A stretch of DNA of 64,000 nucleotides, from the NCBI GenBank assembly GCA_038087875.1, contig CM075998.1, positions 5,892,001 to 5,956,000 of the forward strand, read 5' to 3'. The translations under genes were made by a program, and so were the position numbers. Below the pieces are notes generated by a model, which was not told where the DNA came from, did no database searches, and worked only from the letters and a program-made list of their open reading frames with translations. Origin of the DNA: Malacoraja senta (taxonomy: Eukaryota). Of the stretch, positions 11,826-23,900 are shown one piece after another (the stretch's first letter is position 1; each line of letters opens with the position of its first letter).

Positions 11826-13844
11826 ACCTGTGTGGGTTTTCTCCGGTATCTCCAGTTTTCCTCCCACACTCCAAAGACGTACAGGTTTGTACGTTAATTG
11901 GCTTGGTGTAAGTGCAAATTGTCTCTAGTGTGTGTAGGGTCGTGTTAGTGTGTGGGGATTGTTGGGCGGCGCAGGTTCGGTGGGCCGAATGGCCTGTTTC
12001 CATGCTGTACTTTAAAACTAAACTCAAGTTGGTTCCATCTGTCCACCATTCCTCCCTTATCTGGTTCCACTTATCACTTCCTTACTTATCAGAAACCAGC
12101 ATCTGCAGCTATTTTTTCCTCTTCTCACCTCCCAGTCTCTGCCTGTCTATCTGACCACCACCCCCCCCCCCCCCCTCTTCTCCACCTGGCTCCAACTGCC
12201 TCCTTTTCTCTCTCTACCTAGCACCCAGCAACCACTATCTCCCAACTCCTCTACCTATCATCTCCCAGCCCCTGGCTCACCCACTCCCTCTCATTCTTTA
12301 TACCCACTATCTCCCCTCAACACCCTCAGTCCTTGCAGGGTACTGATCTGAAACGTTGGTTGCCCACTTCCCTCCACAGATGCTGGCCTGACCTGCTAAA
12401 TTCCTCCAGCATTTTGTGTTTTACTGGAATAATAACCGGAATAGGCAGTCTTTACGTTAGATTTTGAGAGATACAGCGCGGAAGCAGGCCCTTCGGCCCA
12501 CCAAGTCCGTGCGGACCAGTGATCCCCGTACACCAGCACTATCCTACACACTAGGAACAATTTACAATTTACAGAATCCAATTAACCTACAAACCTGCAC
12601 TTCTTTGTAGTGTGGGAGGAAACCGGAGCACCCGGTGAAAACCCACGCGGTCACGGGGAGAACATGCAAACTCCGTACAGACAGCTCCCGTAGTCAGGAT
12701 GGAGCACGGGTCTCTGGCGTTGTGAGGCAGCGACTCTACCGCTGCGCCACCGTACCGCCCGTGTGAGGAAAGGTTGGGCCTGCATCAACTGACACTCAGA
12801 TGAGTGTGAAGGGACTTGACTGAGACCTATTGACAGGGTGGGTGCGGAGAGGATGACTCCTCCTGTGGGAGATTTAAGAAGAAGGTGCCACCGTTTAAAA
12901 ATAAGGGTCTCCCATTTAAAACAGAGGGGTGGGCCGAAGGGCCTGTTTCCGCACTGTATCTCTAAACTGAAGTAAAGTACAAGGGGATGAGCAGGAATGG
13001 TGGAGTTGAGGTTGGAATCAGATCCGCCATGCATTTACTGAATAGTGAAGCTTTGAACAGTGAAGGGCCCAGAGGCGTGCCCCTGCTCCAGATCCCTGTG
13101 TTTGTAGTACTTTCTGTGCTGTGGGCCTCTTCCACATTTCTCCATTGCATCCAGGATCTCAAACTGAGCGGAGTAGGAAACCGACGCAGATTCTGTCGTC
13201 TTTGGTAAGATGTGTTGGCGATGTACGCCCCGCGCCAACCTGATGTCCAGGGCATAGCCATCTGCAGAAGGGTCTCGACCCGAAATGTCGACCCGTCACC
13301 TGCCCATGTTCTCCACAGATGCTGCCGGTCCTGCTGAGTTACTCCAGCACACAACTCCAGCGTTCCGTTGTGTAAATCAGCATCTGCAGTTCCTTTTATT
13401 GAACGTTGACTGGACTGACGAGTACTAGAGGCTGCAGTACTAGAGGTTGCTCAGCAGAGGGGAGTGTTGCTCTTGATGCCTTGCTCCCTACTTGCACAAG
13501 GGCGCCACCTGCTGCCCTTCTATCCACTCTGCCGCAGGACCAAACTATTCCAGCCACAAAACGCTGGAGTAACTCAGCGGGACAGGCAGCATCTCTGGAG
13601 AGAAGGAATGGGTGACGTTTCAGGTCGAGACCCTTCTTCACCCATTCCTTCTCACCAGAGATGCTGCCTGTCCCGCTGAGTTACTCCAGCATTTTGCGTC
13701 TAAACCAGCATCTGCAGTTCCTTCCAACACATCCAGCACATTGCTTATTTTGAATGTTTTGGTAAAATAGGGATGAATTTAATTGTGATTTATCAAGGTT
13801 ATTGGGATGAGGGTTCTGAAATGCTTCTTTGCTTCTTTTTGCAG

Positions 13845-13922
13845 CATTAGTGAACAGAGTGATCTGAGCCCCGTCACAGCCAGTGCACAGGTCATGATCC
13901 TCCTGCCCCTCACCCTCTCCGG
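13845..13922 (+). CDS. itga7: Integrin alpha-7-like, internal exon (78 nt, phase 2/2): (T)ISEQSDLSPVTASAQVMILLPLTLS(G)
   Basis: Acceptor cttctttttgcag, donor GG|gtaagt. Phase-compatible with the 80-nt exon. ISEQ favours ITGA7 over ITGA6 (TSNQ), and RDH5 is a neighbour of ITGA7 in human. Confidence 0.85.
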
Positions 13923-14589
13923 GTAAGTGTCTCATTTCAAACAACACCTTTCTAGTTTAAACGGGCTGTCTCGATCGGTATGGACGCATTGGGCCGAAGA
14001 GCCTGTTTCCACACTGCATGATGCTATGACTCTAAAGGATGCTATAGACAAGCAATTTATCCTTTCTCATTGGATCCCAACCTCCCTTCCATTGACTCCA
14101 TTTACACCTCACGCTGCCTCGGCAAGGCCAGCAGCATCATCACGGCAAAAGGTGGAAACGCACACTTCCAGATTCAGGGACAGTTGCTTCCCAGCTGTTA
14201 TCAGGCAACTGAACCGTCCTCTCACCAACCAGTGAGCCGTCCTGGACTCCTATCTACGTCATTGGTAACCCTCGAACTATCCTTGATCGGACTTTACTGG
14301 CTTTAACTTGCACTAAACCTTATTCCCTTATCCTGTATCTGTACACTGTGGGTGGCTCAATTGTAATCATGTATTGTCTTTCCGCTGACTGGTTAGCACG
14401 CAACAAAAGCTTTTCACTGTACCTCGGTACACGTGACAATAAACTCAACTCAACTAAACCACAAAGCTCAGGACAATGAATGAACAGATGACCTGATGTT
14501 TTAGTGTCACTAGTTGAGGAATAAACATTGGCAAGGTCATTGGGGGCAGCTGGTTAGTCTGACTTCAGTGGTTGGTAAGATTTAGAGTC

Positions 14590-15335
14590 CATTATTGAGG
14601 ATGAGTTTTCCGAGTACTTAGAAGCACGTGATGAACTAGGCCAAAGTCAGCATGGCTTTGTGAACGGGAGATCTTGCCTGACAAATAAATCTGTTGGAAT
14701 TCTTTGGAGGAAGTAAATAGCAGGACAGACAAAAGAGAGGACTAGAATATAAAAGCAGGGGTGTAATACTGAATCTCTATAAGGCGCTGGTCAGGCCACA
14801 TTTGGAGTACTGTGAGCAGTTTTGGGCCCCATATCTGAGGAAGGATGTGCTGGCTCTGGAGAGGGTCCAGAGGAGGTTTACAAGAATGATCCCGGGAATG
14901 AGTTAACATACGATGAGCGTTTGATGGCACTGGGCCTGTACTCGCTGGAGTTTAGAAGAATGAGAGGCAATCTCATTGAAATGTACTAAATATTGAAAGG
15001 CCTGGATAGAGTGGATGTGGAGAGGATGTTTCCACTAGTGGGAGAGTCTAGGACCAGAGGGCGCAGCCTCAGAATAAAAGGACGTACCTTTAGAAAGGAG
15101 ATGAAGAGAAATTTATTTAGCCAGTGGTGAATCTGTGGAATTCATTGCCACAGATGGCTGTGAAGGCCAAGTCAGTAGGTATTTTTAAAGCCGAGATTGA
15201 CAGATTCTTGATTAGTACGGGTGTCAAAGATTACAGGGAGAAGGCAGGAGAATGGGATTGAGAGGGAGAGATAGATCAGCCATGATCGAATGGCAGAGCA
15301 GACTTGATGGGCCGAATGGCCTAATTCTGCTCCTA
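14590..15335 (+). mobile_element. CR1-clade LINE 3' fragment, second subfamily (others at 5370-5735, 25905-26520, 30495-31020 -, 56720-57140 -)
   Basis: [14 protein letters not shown] and GESRTRG peptides; tail gggccgaatggcctaattctgctcct. Confidence 0.85.
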
Positions 15336-15921
15336 GAACTTGTGAGCTTACGAATGCCGTCGACACTGGACAAAGCGAAGGTAGAGGTGGGGAGGGCCAT
15401 TCGCAGGAAACCATTCGAAGCCTCAAAGATTTTTAAAGAGGAAACAAGGACTTCAAAATGGGATGCAAGGGGGGCTGGGCAGCCAGGGTCGACCAGTGAG
15501 GAACGATAACAACCCTTCTGTGAGACACCAGTCACTGCCTGTCCAGACTTCCTGAGTTACAAGTCATGCCTTTCCTCACATCCGGCATTAATTGTTTCAA
15601 GTGTTCAGGACCCCTCAGTCATCAAAGAGAGGAAGCAGCCTGATTTATCATTTGTACCAACTGTCAGTGCGAGGTGCCAACTGCCAGTCTCTTCCATTGT
15701 CTTCTGATGTTCCTCTTCCTTTAGCGCGGCACAGTGGCGCAGCGGGTAGAGCTGCTGCCTCACAATGCCAGAGACCCGGCTTCGATCCTGACCTCGGCGG
15801 CTGTGTGGAGTTTGCACGTTCTCCCCGTGACACAGCTAGTGGGCATTTACATAGGGTGCTCGATTAATCCCACAACCAGACCGCGGGTTTGTGGGTTAAT
15901 CGGCCCCCTCTGTAAATTGCC

Positions 15922-16121
15922 NNNNNNNNNNNNNNNNNNNNNNNNNNNNNNNNNNNNNNNNNNNNNNNNNNNNNNNNNNNNNNNNNNNNNNNNNNNNNNN
16001 NNNNNNNNNNNNNNNNNNNNNNNNNNNNNNNNNNNNNNNNNNNNNNNNNNNNNNNNNNNNNNNNNNNNNNNNNNNNNNNNNNNNNNNNNNNNNNNNNNNN
16101 NNNNNNNNNNNNNNNNNNNNN
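15922..16121. other. Assembly gap (200 N)
   Basis: Run of 200 N; the fixed length suggests a placeholder for a gap of unknown size. Confidence 0.99.
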
Positions 16122-18649
16122 GGCTGATCAGACAACATATATTCTGCGCGGGCTCTTCCAATTCACCCAATCTTACCTCCTCATCACTTTCTATTGCTTC
16201 TATTTCACTCTGATGAACATGGGTGCCTCATGTTGGGTAACCGAGGCAACAGACAATCTTTGTGGATGTATAGAGACAAGCTGCAGTCTTTTGCAACTAG
16301 CAGCAATCCTACATCGTGTTAGCCGTCTCACATATGTTTTCCAGCTGGGATTCCTGGATAATAATCAGCAGTGGAACGCCAGCCAAAATTATTTTCTTTC
16401 CTTCAAGTTTGAGATACTGCCTGTGTTAAGGATCTGCTAGCCTAGAACGGCCTGTGCTTCTGAGATCTGTCTTGGTCAAAGCTTCCAAAGAGCTTTCCCT
16501 CCAAAGCTGATTTCCTTTTTTTGTTGCCTTTATTAAGTATATCTCTGATCGCCTTTTGAAGATAAGAATTGAATCCGTGGTTTAGACTGTAACGCTTTGT
16601 CTTGTGGAAAAATATTCTCATTTTCCCATTTCTTTAGCGAGTTCTTACTTCACATAGAATTATAATGTGTCGCATTTTAATTTCTAATCATTGAAACTAA
16701 TCTTCAATGATATTGCCAGCCTGAACTGCAGCAGTTGAGCAGGTTTTCGAGTCTCACAGGCCTGCATAGTAAGATTCAAATGGTAACCACACAAGAATAG
16801 TTTTCATCAGCAGCCTCGCCATATGTTTTTTTGTCGCATAGTTTTCAAATGACAACTGATTGAAAGTTTGTGGTCAGAAATTTGCTCTTTATATTAACAG
16901 ACAGTTGGACAGGCACATGGACAGGACAGGTTTAGAGGTCCACGGGCCAAATGTGGGCGGGTGGAACTAGTGTAGATGTGGCACCTTGGTCGGCATGGGC
17001 AAGTTGGGCCGAAGGGCCTGTTTCCATGCTGTATGACTCTATGACTTGTGTGTAGGGAGGAACTGCAGATGCTGGTTTACACCGAAGATAGACACAAAAC
17101 GCTGGAGTAACTTAACGGGACAGGCAGCATCTCGGGAGAAAAGGAATAAGTGACTTTTCATGTTGAGACCCTTCTTCAGTCTATCTTCTTGTGTCTATCT
17201 GACTCTATGACAAAGCATGGTTGTATCCCAAAGAGGAAATCTGCCTTTGGATAACAGCAGTGTACGTTCTGTGTAGCTTCCAATTGTCATCACTGTTGCT
17301 CATTTTACACTATTCCTGAAAGTGAGAATTATTTCCATTGTATCAAAGTCAACCTTAGAAGATCAAATGGCCATCTGCCATTTAGGTAGTGTTCCCGGGG
17401 CACCTGTAGAAAACCCACGCAGGTCACAAGGAGAACGTGCAAACTCCGTACAGACAGCACCTGTGGTCAGGATGGAACCCGGGTCTCTGGCGCTGTGAGG
17501 CAGCAACTCTACCGCTGCGCCACCGTGCCACTCTAAGTTAGTTGTCCAAACCATCCTTTCCATCGTGCCTCCAGGGCATATAACATAAAACTGTAGTAGC
17601 CTCTTCGGCCCATAATGTCCATACCGAACGTGATGTTGTTAAACTAATCTACGCTGCCTGCACGTGATCCAAATCCTCGCCAAACGCCACTATGGTATCT
17701 GCCTCCACCACCACCCCTGGCAGCGCGTTCCAGGCACCCACCACCCTCTGTGTTTAAAACCTAATTCCCCTTAAATCTCCTTTAAACTTTTCCCCTCTCA
17801 CCTTAAAGCCAAGCCCTCTTGTTATTAACAATTCCACCCTGGGGGAAAAAAAATCCTGATTAGTACGGGTGTCAGGGGTTATGGGGAGAAGGCAGGAGAA
17901 TGGGGTTAGGAGGGAGAGATAGATCAACCATGATTGAATGATGGAGTAGACTTGATGGGCCGAATGGCCTCATTCTGCTCCCAGAACGTATAATATATGT
18001 GACCTGTGGATCTGAAATTGAAGTAATATGCTTGCATTTTTCTTTTTCGTTTGATTTCTGCGTTTATCTGAATGCATCTGTGCTGTTCTCTGTGGCAGCG
18101 TGGTGGAGATTAGAGATGCACGCTGCAGGGAGTATCAGTGACCAGTCTGTCTCTTCCCTCATGCCTGAAATACTGTGTGTCACACGGCTGAGCTGCTATA
18201 CACACCATTGCAATCCGTCTCCAGTCAAAACCGTCGTGACTAATCTCAGTGCCCTTATAGACAATATATTGCAGGAGTTGTATTGCACCTTGCACCGCTG
18301 GGCCAATTAATGTTTGGCTAATGTAACTGCATAATATCAATATTTTTCATTTTGCAATAGTGCATTGTAAAATCCCTGGTTTAAATATTAATTGACTGCA
18401 GCGTACTATCAAAGCTCCGCTGACACACACCCTTCAGTAGTACAGAGACTACCCACAACATACAATGGCTCCTATAGTCAGTTCTTATTTCTTTCAAAAG
18501 CACTCTTCAATCTCTTCCTCCTCGCAAGCCTCCGGCTGCGAATCCTTCAATTTCAGCATGTTGAGTGCTTTTTTTCCCCAAATCCACTCTTTGCCAAACC
18601 AGGGCCACCTCCCCTTTATTTACGTCGCTGTTATTGAGCCGCCTGTACT

Positions 18650-19232
18650 TTATGAGAAGGCCCCGCTCCTTCAACATCTGCAGTGAGATGCTGCAGATGT
18701 TCTACCAATCGGTGGTGGCCAGTGCCATCTTCTTGGCTGCCGTGTGCCGGGGCAGCAGGGCGAAGGACGCGGACGCCAACTGGATCAACAAACTCATCAG
18801 GAAGGCCGGCTCCGTCCTGGGGGCGGAGTTGGAGTTGGAGTTGGAGTTGGAGTTGGATTCACGGGAGGTTGGTCTCGGAGGGGAGGATGCTCCTCAAACT
18901 GCGGAGCATCCTGGACAATACAGCTCCTCACCCCCTCCGTGACATCACTGGTCAACCTGAGGAGCACCTTCAGCAACAGACTGGTTCCACCAAGATGCAG
19001 CACAGAACGCCACAGGAGATCCTTCTTCCCTGTGGCTATCAAACTGTACAACTCCTCCCCCTTCTGTCGTGGGGTAGACTGAGACTAACTCCCCCCCACC
19101 CCCCCCTCCCCAATCTTTACACATCCCCAATCACTTCCATTCGTCACTTTAATTTCATTTCATGTGTTTTATGCTTTATGACTGTTGGCAGATCAATTTC
19201 CCTCCTAGGATAAATAAAGTTCTATCGTATCA
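18650..19232 (+). mobile_element. Rex1-clade LINE 3' fragment, second subfamily
   Basis: MLQMFYQSVVASAIF..NKLIRKAGSVLG and RRSFFP.AIKLYN; AATAAA near the tail. Confidence 0.8.
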
Positions 19233-21303
19233 TAGCAATTGCCCACACATCACACATGTCTACACGACGGTTTTCACAGCATACCCTTGATTGGTTTGTT
19301 GGATAGATCCTGTCCCTGCACAACTCCTAGAGGGAAGCTTGCAGCCGTTGCCAGCCAATGGCACTGAACTCCCAGATTGGTTCATCATCGGTTAGAATGA
19401 CAGCCTCAGGTTAATTTGTTCCAATTCCTCTTGTGACAGGGAGCTGGTGACGGGACCATCTAGACTGGTTGCACAGAATACAGATGGATGAGAACATGGA
19501 TGTTAGATCCACTGTATTCATTAGCTGTAACGTGTAAGAAGGAACTGCAGATGCTGGTTTATACCAAGGATAGACAGAAAATGCTGGAGTAACTCAGCGG
19601 GGCAGGCAGCATCTCTGGAGAGAAGGAACGGGTGACGTTCCGGGTCGAGACCCTTCTTCAGACTGAGTGTCAGGGAAGAGGGAGGCATAGAGATATGGAA
19701 GGGTAAGGTGTGAAAACAAGAGATCAATGGGGATGTAGATCTAGGAAATGGATGCATTGTTAGCTGTGGGCTTACAACCCAGCGGGTTGAACAAGGGTCT
19801 CGACCTGAAACGTCACCCATTCCCTCTCTCCAGAGATGCTGCCTGTCCCGCTGAGTTACGCCAGCACTTTGTGTCTATCTTCGGCCTGGATATTGACTTC
19901 TCTAACTTCAAGTAACCCTTGCTTTGCCTCTCTCTCCTTGGATCTTCCCATTCACTCCCGTGCCGCTCTTCAGACCTGATAGTGGGGATGAACATTACAA
20001 CAGGTCCACACATCGGATTTAGTTGGAAAATTGGAAATATTAGTTAGTCCCCACATTCAGAGTTAATTTTCATGATAGGAATTAAGCAGATTAGCAGGAT
20101 GATAATCCTGTATGAATAATGCCATTTTCACTGTGGAAGTGCTTGTGTAAGAAGGTTTAATCAATAAAATGGGAGTGGTCGGACAATTAGTCCATAAGAC
20201 CATAAGCCATAGGAGCAGAATTAGACCATTCGGCCCATCGAGTCTGCTCTGCCATTAAATCATGGCTGATCTATCTTTCCCTCTCAACCCCATTCTCCTG
20301 CCTTTTAAAATATCAATCTCTGCTTTAAAAATACCCATTGACTTGGCCTCCACCCTCCACAGCCGTCTGTGGCAATGAATTCCACAGATTCACCACCCTC
20401 TGCCTAAAGAAATCCCTCCTCATCTCCATTCTAAAGGTACCTCCTTTTATTTTGAGGCTGTGCCCTCTGGTCCTAAACTCTCCGACTAGTGCAAACATCC
20501 TCTCCATATGCACTGTATCTAGCCCAAGATATTGCAGCAGGCCAAAGGCCAAGTTTTAGTTTTAGAGATACCGCGTTGAAATGGAACCCGGGTCTCTGGC
20601 GTTGTGAGGCAGCAACTCTACCGCTGCAAAACCATGCCGCCCTTAAGACCTGGTCTGAGGAAGGGTCTCGACCCGAAACGTCACCCATTCCTTCTCTCCA
20701 GAGATGTTGCCCGTCCCGCTGAATTACTCCAGCTTTTTGTGTCTATAGTCGGGATCAACAGTACAACAGGTCCACACATCGGATTTGGAGTTGAAAAATT
20801 GGAAATATTTGTTCTTCAGTTCCGATCCTGAAGTTTAAACTTCATCTTGGATGGAAACCTGCTCAGTCAATCCTGTACACTCGCCACCATGGCAGGCTGC
20901 CAGATTGTCAAACTCTCCACATAGGAACTCTGGCAAGGAGTTTCCAGCTTATTTTTGTTTAGTTTAGTTTAGTTTAATTTAATTTAATTTAGTTTAGTTT
21001 AGTCTAGTTTAGAGATACAGCGCGGAAACAGGCCCTTCGGCCCACCGAGTCCGCGCCGACCAGCGATCCCCGCACACTAACACTATCCTACACACGCTAG
21101 GAACAATTTACAATTTTACTGAAGCCAATTAGCCTACAAACCTGTACGTCTTTGGAGTGTGGGAGGAAACCGGGGCTCCTGGAGAAAACCCACTCGGGTC
21201 ACGGGGAGAACGTACAAACTCCGTACAGGAGTTTCCAGCTGCAGCCTCTGTTAACTTGGAAAGAGCCAATTTGGAAGAGCCAAGAAATCCCAACTGCATA
21301 GAG

Positions 21304-21634
21304 CAGAGATTCTCAACCGGGGATCCCCGGAACACGTGAGGTCGCTCGGGGTTCTGAAAGAAATAGTGATAAATAGGCTAATCATATGTAAATGCATCTT
21401 CGAGTCATTTTGGTGTTTAATTTCATATTCGTCATTTTATTACACAGGTACGGCATATTTGGCGACGTCTATTTAGCATATTTAGAGACGTCTATACGCA
21501 GTGTAGACGCAGAGTGAAATGGCCTTTAGTGCTCAGTGGACAGGAGCTGTACGTGACGGATTCGTGTAGGGGTTCCCTGAGACATGAAATTTATTTCAAG
21601 GGTTCCGCAAGGGTAAAAAGGTTGAGAAACGCTG
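21304..21634. mobile_element. hAT (Charlie-like) MITE
   Basis: TIRs CAGAGATTCTCAACC and GGTTGAGAAACGCTG; 8-bp flanks gcatagag and acatagac (6/8 identical). Confidence 0.8.
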
Positions 21635-22162
21635 ACATAGACCTTTGCTCCTGGGAGCAACATGCATGGAAGTGACAGTTTTACAATTGAGTCAATGCAT
21701 ACCTAGCTGCAAGAGTAGATGTTCTTTGCTGGCAGAAACAGGGAATCTCCGGATTCCCAACCACAAATTACACATAAATTACACATAAATTGTACAAGAC
21801 ATCGAAAAAAAAGACTGCCTAAAAATGACATTTATGTTAAAAAAAAACACTTTTAGAAAACAAGTTGACGGGAGTGCAAGAGGTGGTTTGTAGTGATCCA
21901 TTGCTGAGGTAGGATTAGGGTTGTGTGGGTCGGTTCCTTAACCTGATGGTTGCAGGAAAGTCTCTCTCCCCTAACTAATCTGAAGAAAGGTCTCAACACG
22001 AAACGTCACCCATTCCTTCTCACCAAGATGCTGCCTGTCCCACTGAGTTACTCCAGCATTTTGTGTCGAACTATCTCTGACAGTGGCCTTGAAGACTCAG
22101 TGATGTGTCGACCTTCACTTCTGTTTGAAAACCTCTCCTTGTCTGAAGAAGGGTCCAGACCT

Positions 22163-22426
22163 GAAACGTCGCCTGTCCATTCCCTCCACAGATGCTGCCT
22201 GACCCGCTGAGTTACTCCAGCACTCTGTGAAACGTCACCTATCCATGTTCTCCACAGATGCTGCCTGACCCGCTGAGTTACTCCAGCACTCTGTGAAACG
22301 TCACCTATCCATGTTCTCCACAGATGCTGCCTGACCCGCTGAGTTACTCCAGCACTCTGTGAAACGTCACCTATCCATGTTCTCCACAGATGCTGCCTGA
22401 CCCGCTGAGTTACTCCAACACTTTGT
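22163..22426 (+). repeat. 66-bp tandem array (4 units) derived from the Penelope end
   Basis: Unit gaaacgtcacctatccatgttctccacagatgctgcctgacccgctgagttactccagcactctgt. Confidence 0.95.
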
Positions 22427-23521
22427 GTTTGGCTCATGATTCCAGCATCTGCAGTTTCTTGTGTGTCTCTTGTTGCAGATGTTGGTCACAGTCCTTTGTG
22501 CGAAATCCAGGTGATACTGGCTGCCGTGCTGTAATATGTGTGTGCAGCCTCCGGAAACAAGTCTGAAGTCGGTCTGAAGAAGGGTCTCGACCTGAAACGT
22601 CACCCATTCCTTTTCTCCAGAGATGCTGCCTGTCCCGCTGAGTTACTCCAGCATTTTGTGTCTACCTCTGTAAACAAGTGCCAGACAGTGATCGACACAG
22701 CCTACATTCCTCGTTTTGGCTCCTAATAAGCAGCCAATTTGTCAGGACTCCTTATAAAGAATGCCAGTCTTCACCATGTTTTACGCCATGGGCTTTGTAT
22801 GGCTGATCGCCGAGAGTTGAGGAGTAATGCAATGCTGGAGCAACACGTTGCTGATGGATGCATTTACTGTATATGCTCTGAGTCTCTTATTAGAGTCATA
22901 GAGTGATACAGTGTGGAAACAGGCCCTTCGGCCCAACTTGCCCACACCTGCCAACAATGTCCCAGCTACATTAGTCCCGCGTTTGGTCCATATCCCTCCA
23001 AACCTGTCCTATCCATGTACCTGTCTAACTGTTTCTTAAACGTTGGGATAGTCCCAGCCTCAACTACCTCCTCTGGCAGCTTGTTCCATACACCCACCAC
23101 CCTCTGTGTGAAAATGTTACCCCTCAGATTCCTATTAAACCTTTCCCCTTTCACCTTCAACCTATAAACCTGAATTCAGTCCGCTGGTTGAATCATCGTT
23201 GCAGGGACTATCCCAACGTTTAAGAAACAGTTAGACAGGTACATGGATAGGACAGGTTTGGAGGGATATGGACCAAACGCAGGCAGGTGGGACTAATGTA
23301 GATGGTTGGCATGGGCAAGTTGGGCCGCAGGGCCTGTTTCCATGCTGTAACTATGACTCCATCTGTTTCCCAAGGTATTAAGCATCCTTGACCTCTCATT
23401 CCCAGATAGACTCCCATTCAAGTACTGACCAGACCTGATTCCACCAGCTACTCACTGGGGGTCACTGATCCATTGCTTAATAGTTACCGCACTAGTAGGG
23501 ATCAAATACCCAACAATGAAT

Positions 23522-23900
23522 AGCAAATTGGCTCCATGGAAGGAAGCAGAGGGTGATGGTGGAAGGTTGCTTCTCAGACTGGAAGCCTGTGACTAGTGGT
23601 GTGCCTCAGGGTTCGGTGCTGTGCCCGTTACTGTTTGTCATCTACATCAATGATTTGGATGAGCACATACAGGGCAAGATTAGCAAGTTTGCTGATGATA
23701 CAAAAGTTAGTGGTTTTGCAGATAGTGAAGATGGTTGTGAACGATTGCAGCAGGATCTGGATCGATTGGCCAGGTGGGCGGAGGAATGGTTGATGGAATT
23801 TAACACAGAGAAGTGTGAGGCGTTGCATTTTGGCATTTGGCAGGTGGGACAAGCGTAGCTGGGACAGGTTGGGCCGAGGGGCCTGTATCACTCTATGACT
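23522..23900 (+). mobile_element. CR1-like LINE RT fragment joined directly to a LINE tail
   Basis: GVPQGSVLCPLLF..FADD; near-identical to 10770-11070. Confidence 0.9.

Noticed and set aside
16177..16300. Minus-strand exon-like segment ending GAG|gtaag (EIEAIESDEE)
   Set aside because: In-frame TGA shortly upstream, no clear acceptor and no recognisable protein.
16345..16440. Possible itga7 cytoplasmic exon (ttttccag|LGFLDNNQQW)
   Set aside because: Lacks GFFKR and any further similarity, and no preceding transmembrane exon was found.
22163..22426. 66-bp arrays as CRISPR arrays or repeat-protein ORFs
   Set aside because: Units are contiguous with no unique spacers, the context is eukaryotic, and the 22-aa periodic ORFs simply follow from 66 being divisible by 3.
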